Shown: piece after piece, positions 16,366-24,324 of the stretch
Position numbering within the stretch: position 1 is the first letter of the stretch
Layout of the letters: each line of letters starts with the position of its first letter
Assembly (NCBI GenBank): GCA_045803545.1
Contig: JBJMOW010000005.1
Coordinates: 576,001 to 640,000 of the forward strand
Source of the DNA: Gemmatimonadaceae bacterium
GTDB taxonomy: Bacteria > Gemmatimonadota > Gemmatimonadetes > Gemmatimonadales > Gemmatimonadaceae
Length of the DNA: 64,000 nucleotides
Direction of reading: 5' to 3'
Notes under the pieces: generated by a model
What the model saw: the letters and a program-made list of their open reading frames with translations, nothing else
Told to the model about the DNA's origin: nothing
Database searches by the model: none
Position numbers and translations under genes: made by a program

Positions 16366-17529
16366 TCAAGTTGCGACTTTGGATAAGGCTTTCTGAAATC
16401 CGATCCATTCGGCGGCATAACGCGCGGCAACTGCAGCATTACTGATAAGGTATTCCTCGTTTAGTCCAGTCTTGCTGCTAAACCGCAACGAACCGTAGCG
16501 GACAATCGGAATCTGGTAGTTGTTGACGAAACGTTTATCGGGTGAGCCGTCCTTGTTCGCTTTCTTCCATGTTTGCCCAATTACTTCGGCATCGCGAGGC
16601 ACGCCTTCTTCCTCGATAAAAGAGACTGGAGAAAACGCTATTGTCACCTCTTTGGCGTCGATTAGCGCGAACGCGTGTGACGAGATCACATAGAGGACAA
16701 AACCGGGATAGATAAACAGATCGCCGCCATTTGCATTTCTCAGATGCGGCACGTCCCAAGGAGTTCGAATCAAATCGGATGACCCGAAACCAACTGTGAC
16801 TGGTTGTCGGTTAATTGACTGCAACGCTGTAGTTCGCTCACGAAACCGATCAGTTGCAACACTAGACAGCGTGTCCCAAACTCGTTGCGATTGTGCCAAT
16901 GTCGCCGTGGCATCGCAAACGCGGCCGAAGCCGTCCTTGAGTGAATCAGGCAAATCGAACTCGGTCGAAAGCTTTGAGAGGCGCTCCTGTTCTTCTAGTT
17001 CGGCAACTTTGGCCGCCGCCTCCTCGGACCGATGCTCAATATCCGCAAAACGCTTCTTAAAAAATCGTCGTAATAGCCAGCCCTCTTTCCACCTTCGATA
17101 ACGATCGGAAGCTCGATCCGCGTCGTTGCGCGATGCCGCCAGCTCCGGCAGAAGCGATGATCTTTCAGCCTGCGCCTTGGTTAGCAATTCCTTCAGCGGC
17201 TGCAATCCGTCGGTAGTTAGCACAGCTGTACTACCGCTGCGGATCTCGCCAGCGAGCTGAGTCGCAACCGTTGACGTTGGCGGCACTTCGCCCAGTGGAG
17301 CCGGCGTAGGGCTACGGGTCGCTGGAAAGAGGTTCGCTTCTGGCGAAGGTCGAATCGATTGACGGAAGGAGATTCCGGTGCCGGGCACGCGGGCTGTTAA
17401 TGCCGGTCCCTGAGATCCCAGGTATATCCGAGCAGGGCCAACACCAACCGATGTACTGATGCCTCGCGGCGAAAAATTGATTCGCACACCGGGCAAGGGA
17501 CTAAAACTTTTTCGGAATCGCCAGCCCAT
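16366..17529 (-). CDS. DUF4236-domain protein
   Basis: N-terminal MGWRFRKSFSPLPGVRINFSPRGISTSVG...PGTGISFRQ typical of DUF4236; coiled coil; C-terminal NKDGSPDKRF motif; GAGGGG RBS. Confidence 0.82.
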   Translation of the reverse strand: MGWRFRKSFSPLPGVRINFSPRGISTSVGVGPARIYLGSQGPALTARVPGTGISFRQSIRPSPEANLFPATRSPTPAPLGEVPPTSTVATQLAGEIRSGSTAVLTTDGLQPLKELLTKAQAERSSLLPELAASRNDADRASDRYRRWKEGWLLRRFFKKRFADIEHRSEEAAAKVAELEEQERLSKLSTEFDLPDSLKDGFGRVCDATATLAQSQRVWDTLSSVATDRFRERTTALQSINRQPVTVGFGSSDLIRTPWDVPHLRNANGGDLFIYPGFVLYVISSHAFALIDAKEVTIAFSPVSFIEEEGVPRDAEVIGQTWKKANKDGSPDKRFVNNYQIPIVRYGSLRFSSKTGLNEEYLISNAAVAARYAAEWIGFQKALSKVAT

Positions 17530-17585
17530 ATCCCCTCAGTTTCGGTATCGTCCCACGAAAATGGATGTTTTGGGCCGTTCGGGAT

Positions 17586-17627
17586 ATGTCGATTTTCTAT
17601 CATCGCGATGTCGATTTTCTATCATCG
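17586..17627. repeat. 20-bp perfect direct repeat (22-bp period) in divergent promoter region
   Basis: ATGTCGATTTTCTATCATCG at 17586-17605 and 17608-17627. Confidence 0.9.
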
Positions 17628-17679
17628 AACGGGACGAATCGAGGCTAGCGTCCTATTTGTTCGCCGCCCACTTTTGGGA

Positions 17680-18429
17680 ATGGGGAATGATCCGGAGTCA
17701 TTTGTCTGGCGGTGGATTGGCCGCGCATGGACACTCAAGGAAATCCTCTCATCGGCCGCAGTAGCCGGCATTCTTACGACCGCGTGGGCCTACTTCACGC
17801 GGCTTCCACCAGTCGAGATTGTGGTTACAGGCGCTGCGGGATTCTTAGTGATCTTCGTCGGGGCTGTTGAGATCAGACGGTTCCGGGCGGTTTCGTTCAG
17901 CCCATCTCGCAAGGTGATACCTGGCTCGCCCGCCTTGGGTACTTACAACGAACAATACATCATAGACGACCTGCGGCGCACCAAGGAAGAAAACCGAAAG
18001 ACGCAGGAGCATCTCGAAGCCATTGAGGCCGAACGGTCCGCTCTCCAAGTGAAGTACGACGCCAAGGAGCAGTCGGAGAAGCAAGCAATCTCGCGCTGGC
18101 AGAGTTTAAATAAGCTGTTTGACGAAGTCTTCGCGATGCAGAAACAAGCCACCGGGAACTACATGAGGGCTTATCAGGCGATCGTCGACATCGAGGCTGC
18201 GCTATTAGATAAGAGTCCTAGCAGAGGATTGCTTGATGTCAGAGCCGCAGCGAGCATACCTGAGACGCAAAGAATAGCCGATGCTCAGGCCGTCATAACC
18301 CGGTACCGCAGCGAGAGCCTTGGAACCGTCGAATCCAACCCTGCTCCGCGGGGCGGCTTTCTTAGCCGTGCTTTGGGGCCGCAAGCTCCACCGGGCACTG
18401 CGCCAGAAAAGGGCGACGAACAAAATTAG
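17680..18429 (+). CDS. hypothetical 2-TM plus coiled-coil protein, element cargo
   Basis: Two hydrophobic helices then heptad-rich region; ORF open from 17608, ATG 17680 chosen; stop overlaps the integrase stop. Confidence 0.7.
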   Translation: MGNDPESFVWRWIGRAWTLKEILSSAAVAGILTTAWAYFTRLPPVEIVVTGAAGFLVIFVGAVEIRRFRAVSFSPSRKVIPGSPALGTYNEQYIIDDLRRTKEENRKTQEHLEAIEAERSALQVKYDAKEQSEKQAISRWQSLNKLFDEVFAMQKQATGNYMRAYQAIVDIEAALLDKSPSRGLLDVRAAASIPETQRIADAQAVITRYRSESLGTVESNPAPRGGFLSRALGPQAPPGTAPEKGDEQN

Positions 18430-19604
18430 GCCGCGTCGTCTTCCACCAATCTCAAGGTTGGGAACAACAACCGACTCAGCTTATCCGTTGCACTTGCTTG
18501 CATAGTGGGTGCTACGTGCGAATAGGTGTCCAGCGTCTGCCGTACACTGCTGTGCCCTAGGCGCTCTGCCACGATCTTTGGATTTTCGCCGACTCCAAGA
18601 AGCAGTGTCGCAGTCGTGTGACGGAGGTCATAAATCCGAACCTTGGGGAGATTGGCGCGCTTAAGCAGAGCGCGAAATGACCGACGTAGATTCTTTGGTT
18701 CGATAGGTGTACCGTTCGCCGTGCAGAACGCCAGATTGCGCATTGCTGGATCGAGCGGGCACATCCGCAACGCGGCCTCCTGCGTGACCCGATGATCAGC
18801 GAGAGCGGCGATTACAGTTTCATCCAGTGGGACATTGCGTCGGCTCCCGACCGTCTTCGTTTTGCCGAATACCGGTTGCTTTCCCACCCACACAACGGAG
18901 CGCTGGACTGTTACAACTCCGTCTGCCAAGTCAGACCACCGAAGCGCGAGCGCTTCACTCGGCCGAAGCCCTGTTACCACAAGGAGCGCCCACAGCGCGT
19001 AATTGGGGTCACCGCGCGCTACAGTCAAAAAGACCTTGGCCTGTTCCGGTGTGAGAGCCGTCATTTCTTGGCGTTCCGTTCGCGGGAGCTGCACTCCTGA
19101 TGCGGGATTTTTTACCAACAAGTCATCGTTCACAGCTTCCCGGAGGGCGCGATTCAGGAGAGCGTAGAGTACACGAATGCTCCGTGGGGAAAGGCGGCGT
19201 TTTTCTTCGGGTCCGCGAAGATCGAGAAGCCAACGAACAACATCGTCGCGAGTCAGCTCCGAAACTAGGATTGAGCCAATCGCATTTTTCGCGACGTGAT
19301 TGTTGAGTAGTGCGCGATAGTCGACGAGGGTACGGCGCCGTACTGCCTCCCCTGCCTCACGCTTGCGAAGCCACGCGTCCACCATTTCCCAGAGTGTGAT
19401 CCTCCTGCGTTTCGTGGCAACGCCGTTTGCGATGAGCTGGAGCGCCGCATTCAGGGCTTTTTGAGCGTCACGACGCGAACCGCGAATGACCTTCGATGGA
19501 TAGACACGGCGCCCGCATTGGCGACTGGCAATTGGGTCGAGCCAGCGAATGCGAAATCGCTCCCTGCCCAGCGGCGTAATACTGCCTTCACCCTTTGATC
19601 GCAT
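18426..19604 (-). CDS. int: tyrosine recombinase / site-specific integrase (ICEBs1-like architecture)
   Basis: N-terminal arm-binding-like RSKGEGSI, SAM-like core, TGLRPSEALALRWSD, YDLRHT, ERLGHSS, catalytic Tyr in DTYSH. Confidence 0.95.
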   Translation of the reverse strand: MRSKGEGSITPLGRERFRIRWLDPIASRQCGRRVYPSKVIRGSRRDAQKALNAALQLIANGVATKRRRITLWEMVDAWLRKREAGEAVRRRTLVDYRALLNNHVAKNAIGSILVSELTRDDVVRWLLDLRGPEEKRRLSPRSIRVLYALLNRALREAVNDDLLVKNPASGVQLPRTERQEMTALTPEQAKVFLTVARGDPNYALWALLVVTGLRPSEALALRWSDLADGVVTVQRSVVWVGKQPVFGKTKTVGSRRNVPLDETVIAALADHRVTQEAALRMCPLDPAMRNLAFCTANGTPIEPKNLRRSFRALLKRANLPKVRIYDLRHTTATLLLGVGENPKIVAERLGHSSVRQTLDTYSHVAPTMQASATDKLSRLLFPTLRLVEDDAA

Positions 19605-19615
19605 CGTCCCCCGCT

Positions 19616-20908
19616 CTACGCAGCACGTAGTAATCGAGCGTTGTGTTGTTCGCGCTTGCATCGGCGTATTTCGGCAACGAAAAGCCAGAAGTGAACGCCG
19701 TCCGCTCCTGACTCCTCAGCGGCTTCCAACACGGCGAGCGGGCCATGCTGCTCGCCTTTCACGAGATTCCATTGATCGACCGTTAGCTCAGCGACCAACT
19801 CACCGCCGACACGTTCAGCGGCTAGTTCTTCATCGGTCGCCTCTTTCACGCTGTACCGCGCTTTCAGTCCCTTACTCCAAGTCAGAGATCGCGTCCCTTT
19901 GCTTGCCCGCTCCCATTCACGCCATAGTTCCAGATCCGCACAGTCACCACTCGCTAGGAAATCGCGAAGGACCTGGAACGGTGTGCGGCCTTGCCGGCGC
20001 GTTCCTTTCAAATCGTGACGAGTCATTTCCATCCCGATTCGTCTGTTAGTGTCATCCGTCATTGCCATCTTCTGCACGTACTCACCTACGCCGCGCCGGG
20101 TTACGCGCTCAATTGGACATAAGCCAATCAGCGGCGCCCGATAGCCGAAGGATTCAATGGCCGACAACCAGCGAGCGAAGAGTCGCTCGTTAAGCGTTTT
20201 CACTTCGGGGGCCGACAAACGGCGATCGCAGAAAAGAAGAACGTGTAAATGCGGGTGCGCGCCGGCGCTGCCGAAAGTTGTTTCGCTCGCGCGGATGGTC
20301 CCAACGATCGAGTACTCGCGCTTGTCAGCCTCGTACCCGCGACCACCAATGACTTTCCGGAACGCGTTGGCAACCGCCTCCAAGAGTCGCGCCAGCTCGT
20401 CACCAAAATCGTGCGGTAGCGTGAACGTCTGAAAGACTATGTCACCGCCGGCCGCTATGTGGCCGCTGGCCGCGACATCTATCTCGTTCGCGCGCTGCTG
20501 CCGAATCTTCGCTGCGCAGACAGGGCACGCGTGGACGGAACCGCAACATTGCACATTGCCGAAATGGGCGCGTCGCTCGGGGCTCAGGTATACGCCTACC
20601 TTGTCGTTTCGAATCCTCCGGCGGCCGCACATTCGGACGCGCGATAGGTTCGATTCTTCCCACAGCACAGAGCGTAGCTGATAGCGATCCCGGCGCCGCC
20701 CCGATTCTCCGGGCAGGGAAACACTTTTCGTAATGTTATCAAGGCGGGCAAAACCACCGACCCGCTGCGCGGGTTTCTCTACGCTCGCTGCGCTCGCTGT
20801 CGCGCTTCGCGCGGAACTACCGCCGGCCGCAGCGCGCGAGCGCGGTCGGTAGTGCGGGCGAAGGTTGGTCGCGCCATTTGTGGCGGCTTCGAGTAGATCA
20901 GCCGACAC
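19616..20908 (-). CDS. rep: rolling-circle replication initiator (HUH, Rep_1 / pC194-pIJ101-like)
   Basis: CGSVHACPVC Zn motif, motif I FQTFTLPH, motif II ETTFGSAGAHPHLHVLL, motif III GEYVQKM; start uncertain (GTG 20908, GTG 20668 or ATG 20632). Confidence 0.88.
   Translation of the reverse strand: MSADLLEAATNGATNLRPHYRPRSRAAAGGSSARSATASAASVEKPAQRVGGFARLDNITKSVSLPGESGRRRDRYQLRSVLWEESNLSRVRMCGRRRIRNDKVGVYLSPERRAHFGNVQCCGSVHACPVCAAKIRQQRANEIDVAASGHIAAGGDIVFQTFTLPHDFGDELARLLEAVANAFRKVIGGRGYEADKREYSIVGTIRASETTFGSAGAHPHLHVLLFCDRRLSAPEVKTLNERLFARWLSAIESFGYRAPLIGLCPIERVTRRGVGEYVQKMAMTDDTNRRIGMEMTRHDLKGTRRQGRTPFQVLRDFLASGDCADLELWREWERASKGTRSLTWSKGLKARYSVKEATDEELAAERVGGELVAELTVDQWNLVKGEQHGPLAVLEAAEESGADGVHFWLFVAEIRRCKREQHNARLLRAA
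20737..20853 (-). other. putative double-strand origin (dso) with nick motif CTTGATA and hairpins
   Basis: Minus strand CTTGATA at 20743-20737; hairpins CCCGC-GCA-GCGGG (20761-20773), CGCGC-GAA-GCGCG (20801-20813), ACTACCG...CGGTAGT (20816-20853). Confidence 0.7.
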
Positions 20909-21092
20909 GACGCCATCCACCAGGCAGAGCCTTACCGCCTCGCTCAACCCACTCAGCAAGAGCGCTTGGATTGACTCGAAGTTGGCGGCCGAGTCGAACG
21001 ACCGGGAGAATGTCAGAACGAGCCAGCTCGTAGGCGTGCTCTGGAGAAATGTTAAGAGCTTTGGCGACCTCGGGGATGCGAAGGAGCTGCAT
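20898..21092 (-). CDS. xis: excisionase / HTH_17 DNA-binding protein
   Basis: MQLLRIPEVAKALNISPEHAYELARSDILPVVRLGRQLRV winged-HTH pattern; GGAGG RBS; in the rep/int module. Confidence 0.85.
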   Translation of the reverse strand: MQLLRIPEVAKALNISPEHAYELARSDILPVVRLGRQLRVNPSALAEWVERGGKALPGGWRRVG

Positions 21093-21199
21093 GACTGCCT
21101 CCAAAGGAGAGTGATTGCCTCACACGACGTGTGCGGGTGCAATTCTCCCTCAGGGGCAGACCGCGAAAATCTGAACTCAAGCATTTCTTGCTTCAGTTA

Positions 21200-22243
21200 C
21201 TACAAATTGTTTTCGCCGCCCTGATTACCAGGCCGGAGGGGTAGAGCGAGCCGATGCGCCGCTTGCGCTATCCCTTTGTGTACGGCTCTGTAGGCGGCTT
21301 GCCGGCGTAGGTCGCTTTGTTCCGCGTAGGCACTCCGCTCGCTCGCTTTGCTGGCAGAGCGGAGAATTTCGGTCGGCCTTTTAGGAATTTCGGTCGGTCT
21401 TTCAGACCGTTTGAGTTTTCGCGGATTATTGAGGCCGTATTCCTTCGCAATTTTGGCGTGAGTCCACCGCTGACACTGCCAACGCACAAGCCATTCGAAA
21501 TGCCGAAACAAATCCGAGTCCTTGTCGGATTTGCGGATTTTCGGCGTTTTTGTCCATCCCGCTTCCTCGGCCTGACTTCTTACACGTCTCACATATCCGC
21601 CCAAGTGCGAATTGAATTCGGCCGAAACTCTCGCAACGAACGCTTTTTCGGTCTCGTCTGTAATTCTCCAGCCGTTATCCGAAAACGAAAACGGCATTTC
21701 GGCCCATTTCGATTTCTTAACCGAAATCGGCGCGCTGAATTGAAGTCGCCGGCCCGGAACTACCACAATCGTTCCGGTCCATTCAAAGAGGGTTCGCAAA
21801 ACCATATTTCGAACCCATTCGGTATTTAGGCTGTGCCGTTTAATCCAGTCTTCGAGCGCGGCAATTAGGACCGCGAACTCATTTCGGTCTGTGTTTCCGA
21901 GCTTCCGAAGCGTTTCGGCGTCCAGCGAGAGCAGCTCGTCCTGATCCATTACCGCTCTAATGCGTTCGTAATTCGGCCGAACCGACTCTGCGAGATCTAC
22001 CAATACCTCTTGCGCGAATTCCTCGATCTTTTCGATGAACGCCGTTCGAGCGTAATGCCCTGCTTTGTCGTGTTCGGTTGGATGGGAGTACTCACCGAAA
22101 CCAATTCGCGTCGGGTCGCCGACAGGAAGTAAATCCGATTCCGACTTGTCCTTTTCTTCAGCGCGCTTCTTTTTGGGCAGAACACGTAGAAATGGTGCCA
22201 TTAATGGTGCGATCTCCGCCAAACTGTGTTGAACTCGGAACAA
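21200..22243 (-). CDS. hypothetical element protein with possible C-terminal HTH
   Basis: Long ORF co-oriented with xis-rep-int; HFEWLVRWQCQRWTHAKIAKEY...AVHKGIAQAA resembles an HTH; start could be ATG 22201. Confidence 0.65.
   Translation of the reverse strand: MFRVQHSLAEIAPLMAPFLRVLPKKKRAEEKDKSESDLLPVGDPTRIGFGEYSHPTEHDKAGHYARTAFIEKIEEFAQEVLVDLAESVRPNYERIRAVMDQDELLSLDAETLRKLGNTDRNEFAVLIAALEDWIKRHSLNTEWVRNMVLRTLFEWTGTIVVVPGRRLQFSAPISVKKSKWAEMPFSFSDNGWRITDETEKAFVARVSAEFNSHLGGYVRRVRSQAEEAGWTKTPKIRKSDKDSDLFRHFEWLVRWQCQRWTHAKIAKEYGLNNPRKLKRSERPTEIPKRPTEILRSASKASERSAYAEQSDLRRQAAYRAVHKGIAQAAHRLALPLRPGNQGGENNL
22193..22213 (+). promoter_or_regulatory. putative integrase arm-type binding sites (right)
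   Basis: TGGTGCCAT-taa-TGGTGCGAT, about 130 bp inside attR, matching the pair at 11040-11059. Confidence 0.7.
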
Positions 22244-22339
22244 CTCGCGAGCAGAAGGAATGGCGGTAACTCAAGCAATTGCTCGACTTAGGTCAAGTGG
22301 GGAAAACTCACATGACCTCAGCAAAAGTCGCGAAATTCA

Positions 22340-22384
22340 AATGGGGTTCAGGGGGTCGCGGGTTCAAATCCCGCCGTCCCGATT
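22340..22384 (+). repeat. attR core (45-bp direct repeat copy 2; 3' half of tRNA-Pro)
   Basis: Identical to 10923-10967; lacks the tRNA 5' half. Confidence 0.95.
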
Positions 22385-22395
22385 CAAGTAAGTCT

Positions 22396-22429
22396 AAGCA
22401 TCGTTGGCTTTTACGCTGACGGTGCTTTT
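22396..22429 (+). terminator. probable original tRNA-Pro terminator
   Basis: AAGCATCGTTGGC-loop-GCTGACGGTGCTT followed by TT. Confidence 0.55.
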
Positions 22430-22508
22430 ATGTCGCGTACCGAGCTGGTCGTGTTCCTTTGATGCTTGGGTCTTCAACGTGCTTTCGCGACCCTGATATA
22501 ATTCAAGC

Positions 22509-22877
22509 TTGCCCGCATCATACGAGATCGACCCAAAGCGAAAGCTAGTAATCACCCGCGTTTGGGACCCGGCGACAGAAGACGACGTTCTTGCGCACGG
22601 CGCGCGCTTGCGCGCTGACCCACACTTCGACCCAACTTACAAACAGCTCGCGGACATGAGTGGCGTGACTCAGATTAGAGTGAGCACAGGCACAGTCGAG
22701 CAACTGTCACGCGGCCAGCTCTTCGCGCCTGGTTCACAGAGAGCCTTCGTCGCTTCGCACGACGCAGTATTCGGCATGCTGCGTAAATACGAGCTTCACG
22801 CGGAAAGCGTAGGCCAGACAGTCCGAGTTTTTCGTGAGCGGAAGTCGGCTGAAGACTGGCTCGGTCTCTCAGACTAG
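22509..22877 (+). CDS. STAS/SEC14-like (SpoIIAA-like) small protein
   Basis: YEIDP.RKLVITR, QLADMS, RAFVAS..AVFGMLR, RVFRERKSAEDWL pattern; extended -10 TGnTATAAT 6 nt before the start. Confidence 0.65.
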   Translation: MPASYEIDPKRKLVITRVWDPATEDDVLAHGARLRADPHFDPTYKQLADMSGVTQIRVSTGTVEQLSRGQLFAPGSQRAFVASHDAVFGMLRKYELHAESVGQTVRVFRERKSAEDWLGLSD

Positions 22878-23052
22878 TCGCACTAAAAGCGCTGACTTTG
22901 TGGCTCTGCCTTAGTCGTGGTTGTGATCGCGTTCGTCGCTGCAATTTGCTAGCAGTTGCGATCACTCGCGAATCACTCAAACGTTTTTGCCATCGCCACG
23001 TACCCACCAATTTTCTCGCGTGAGCACGCTCGTTGCGACGAAACCGCAGCGA

Positions 23053-24324
23053 ATGGTTGAAAAACGGAAGAAACATCCGCTCGCCAAGCGGCCGCCCAAG
23101 CCCGAGGAGCCGGCCACCGGTGGTGTAACACCGATTACGCCGCTTGGCGGATCGCGACTCGCGCAGGCGATTCGTCACGGAGGCCGCATCTACCAGATGA
23201 TGGTCGAGTCGGTTCGCGACTACGCGATCTTTCTGCTCGACCCGTCCGGCTACATCGTCACCTGGAACGAAGGCGCACAGCGCCTGAAGGGCTACGCGGC
23301 CGACGAAATAATCGGACAGCATTTCTCCGTTTTCTATCCACCTGAAGCAATCGCGATCGGTCACCCGGCGCGGGAGCTCGAGATCGCAACGGCCGAGGGA
23401 CGGTTCGAGGAAGAAGGGTGGCGAATTCGCAAGGACGGCACCGCCTTTTGGGCCAACGTGCTGATCACTGCCGTTCGCGATGAGACCGGTGAGCTGATCG
23501 GCTTCGCCAAGGTCACTCGCGATCTCACTGAGCGCCGTAACTCGGAGGCGCGCGCAATCGCCGATGCCCGACGCGTGGCGCACGCGGAGTCCGCCAACAT
23601 TGCCAAAAGCGAATTTCTGACGGCGATGTCGCACGAGTTGCGCACACCGCTCAACGCCATCGGCGGCTACGCTGAGCTGCTTAGCCTCGGACTCGGCGGT
23701 CCAACCACTCCCGAGCAAAGCGACTACATCGAGCGCATCCGTCGCAGCCAGCAGCATCTGCTGCGCATCATCTCGGATCTCTTGAACTTCAGTCGGATCG
23801 AAGCCGGCCAGCTCAGTTACGACATGTCCGAGTTCTCGCTCAGCGGAGTGATCGGCGCCGTTGTGCCGCTCATCGAGCCGCAGGCGCGCGCGAAGGGCGT
23901 TTCGTTTTCCGTCGATGAGGCGGATCAGGAGTGCGATGCGATCGGCGATCGTGCCAAGGTCGAGCAGGTTCTGCTGAACCTGCTGTCGAACGCCGTCAAG
24001 TTCACCAAGCGTGGCGGAGAAATTGGCGTCTCCTGTCGCGCCGGAGCGAAGGTCGCGCGTATTATCGTCCGCGACACCGGCGTTGGGATCGCAGAGGACA
24101 AACTCGAGGCGATCTTCGAGCCGTTCGTGCAACTCGGGCGATCGCTATCGAGCGCGCACGAGGGCACCGGGCTTGGACTCGCTATTAGTCGCGACCTCGC
24201 GCGGGCGATGCGCGGCGATCTCACCGCGTCGAGCACCCCTGGCGTCGGATCGATATTTACTCTGTCGCTACAACGGCCATCCGGGTCCGGGCGAGCACCC
24301 GGGAAACGGGCTAAGCGGAAATGA
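23053..24324 (+). CDS. PAS-domain sensor histidine kinase
   Basis: PAS/PAC (DYAIFLLDPSG..TWNEGA), H-box [11 protein letters not shown]-box NLLSNAVKFT, G boxes; start uncertain. Confidence 0.92.
   Translation: MVEKRKKHPLAKRPPKPEEPATGGVTPITPLGGSRLAQAIRHGGRIYQMMVESVRDYAIFLLDPSGYIVTWNEGAQRLKGYAADEIIGQHFSVFYPPEAIAIGHPARELEIATAEGRFEEEGWRIRKDGTAFWANVLITAVRDETGELIGFAKVTRDLTERRNSEARAIADARRVAHAESANIAKSEFLTAMSHELRTPLNAIGGYAELLSLGLGGPTTPEQSDYIERIRRSQQHLLRIISDLLNFSRIEAGQLSYDMSEFSLSGVIGAVVPLIEPQARAKGVSFSVDEADQECDAIGDRAKVEQVLLNLLSNAVKFTKRGGEIGVSCRAGAKVARIIVRDTGVGIAEDKLEAIFEPFVQLGRSLSSAHEGTGLGLAISRDLARAMRGDLTASSTPGVGSIFTLSLQRPSGSGRAPGKRAKRK

Larger units (their letters stand above)
10923..22384 (-). mobile_element. 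integrative rolling-circle-replicating element (Int + Xis + HUH Rep + cargo), 11417 bp between att cores
   Basis: Perfect 45-bp direct repeat of the tRNA-Pro 3' half at both ends; integrase, excisionase and Rep genes inside; cargo visibly more AT-rich than flanks (spot count 29/60 GC at 14521-14580). Confidence 0.92.

Noticed and set aside
17586..17627. CRISPR array
   Set aside because: Only two repeats separated by 2 nt; no spacers and no cas genes in the window
20909..21184. 5' extension of the 522-aa rep ORF to TTG 21184
   Set aside because: Fully overlaps the convincing xis gene (own SD, HTH) in another frame and has no Rep-like sequence
22340..22384. Second tRNA-Pro gene
   Set aside because: Only the 3' half is present; no acceptor 5' strand or D-arm, so it is attR
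10923..22384. Filamentous (inovirus) prophage or conjugative ICE
   Set aside because: No pI/Zot or FtsK/TraB Walker-A ATPase, no run of tiny coat-protein ORFs, no relaxase or T4SS genes recognisable
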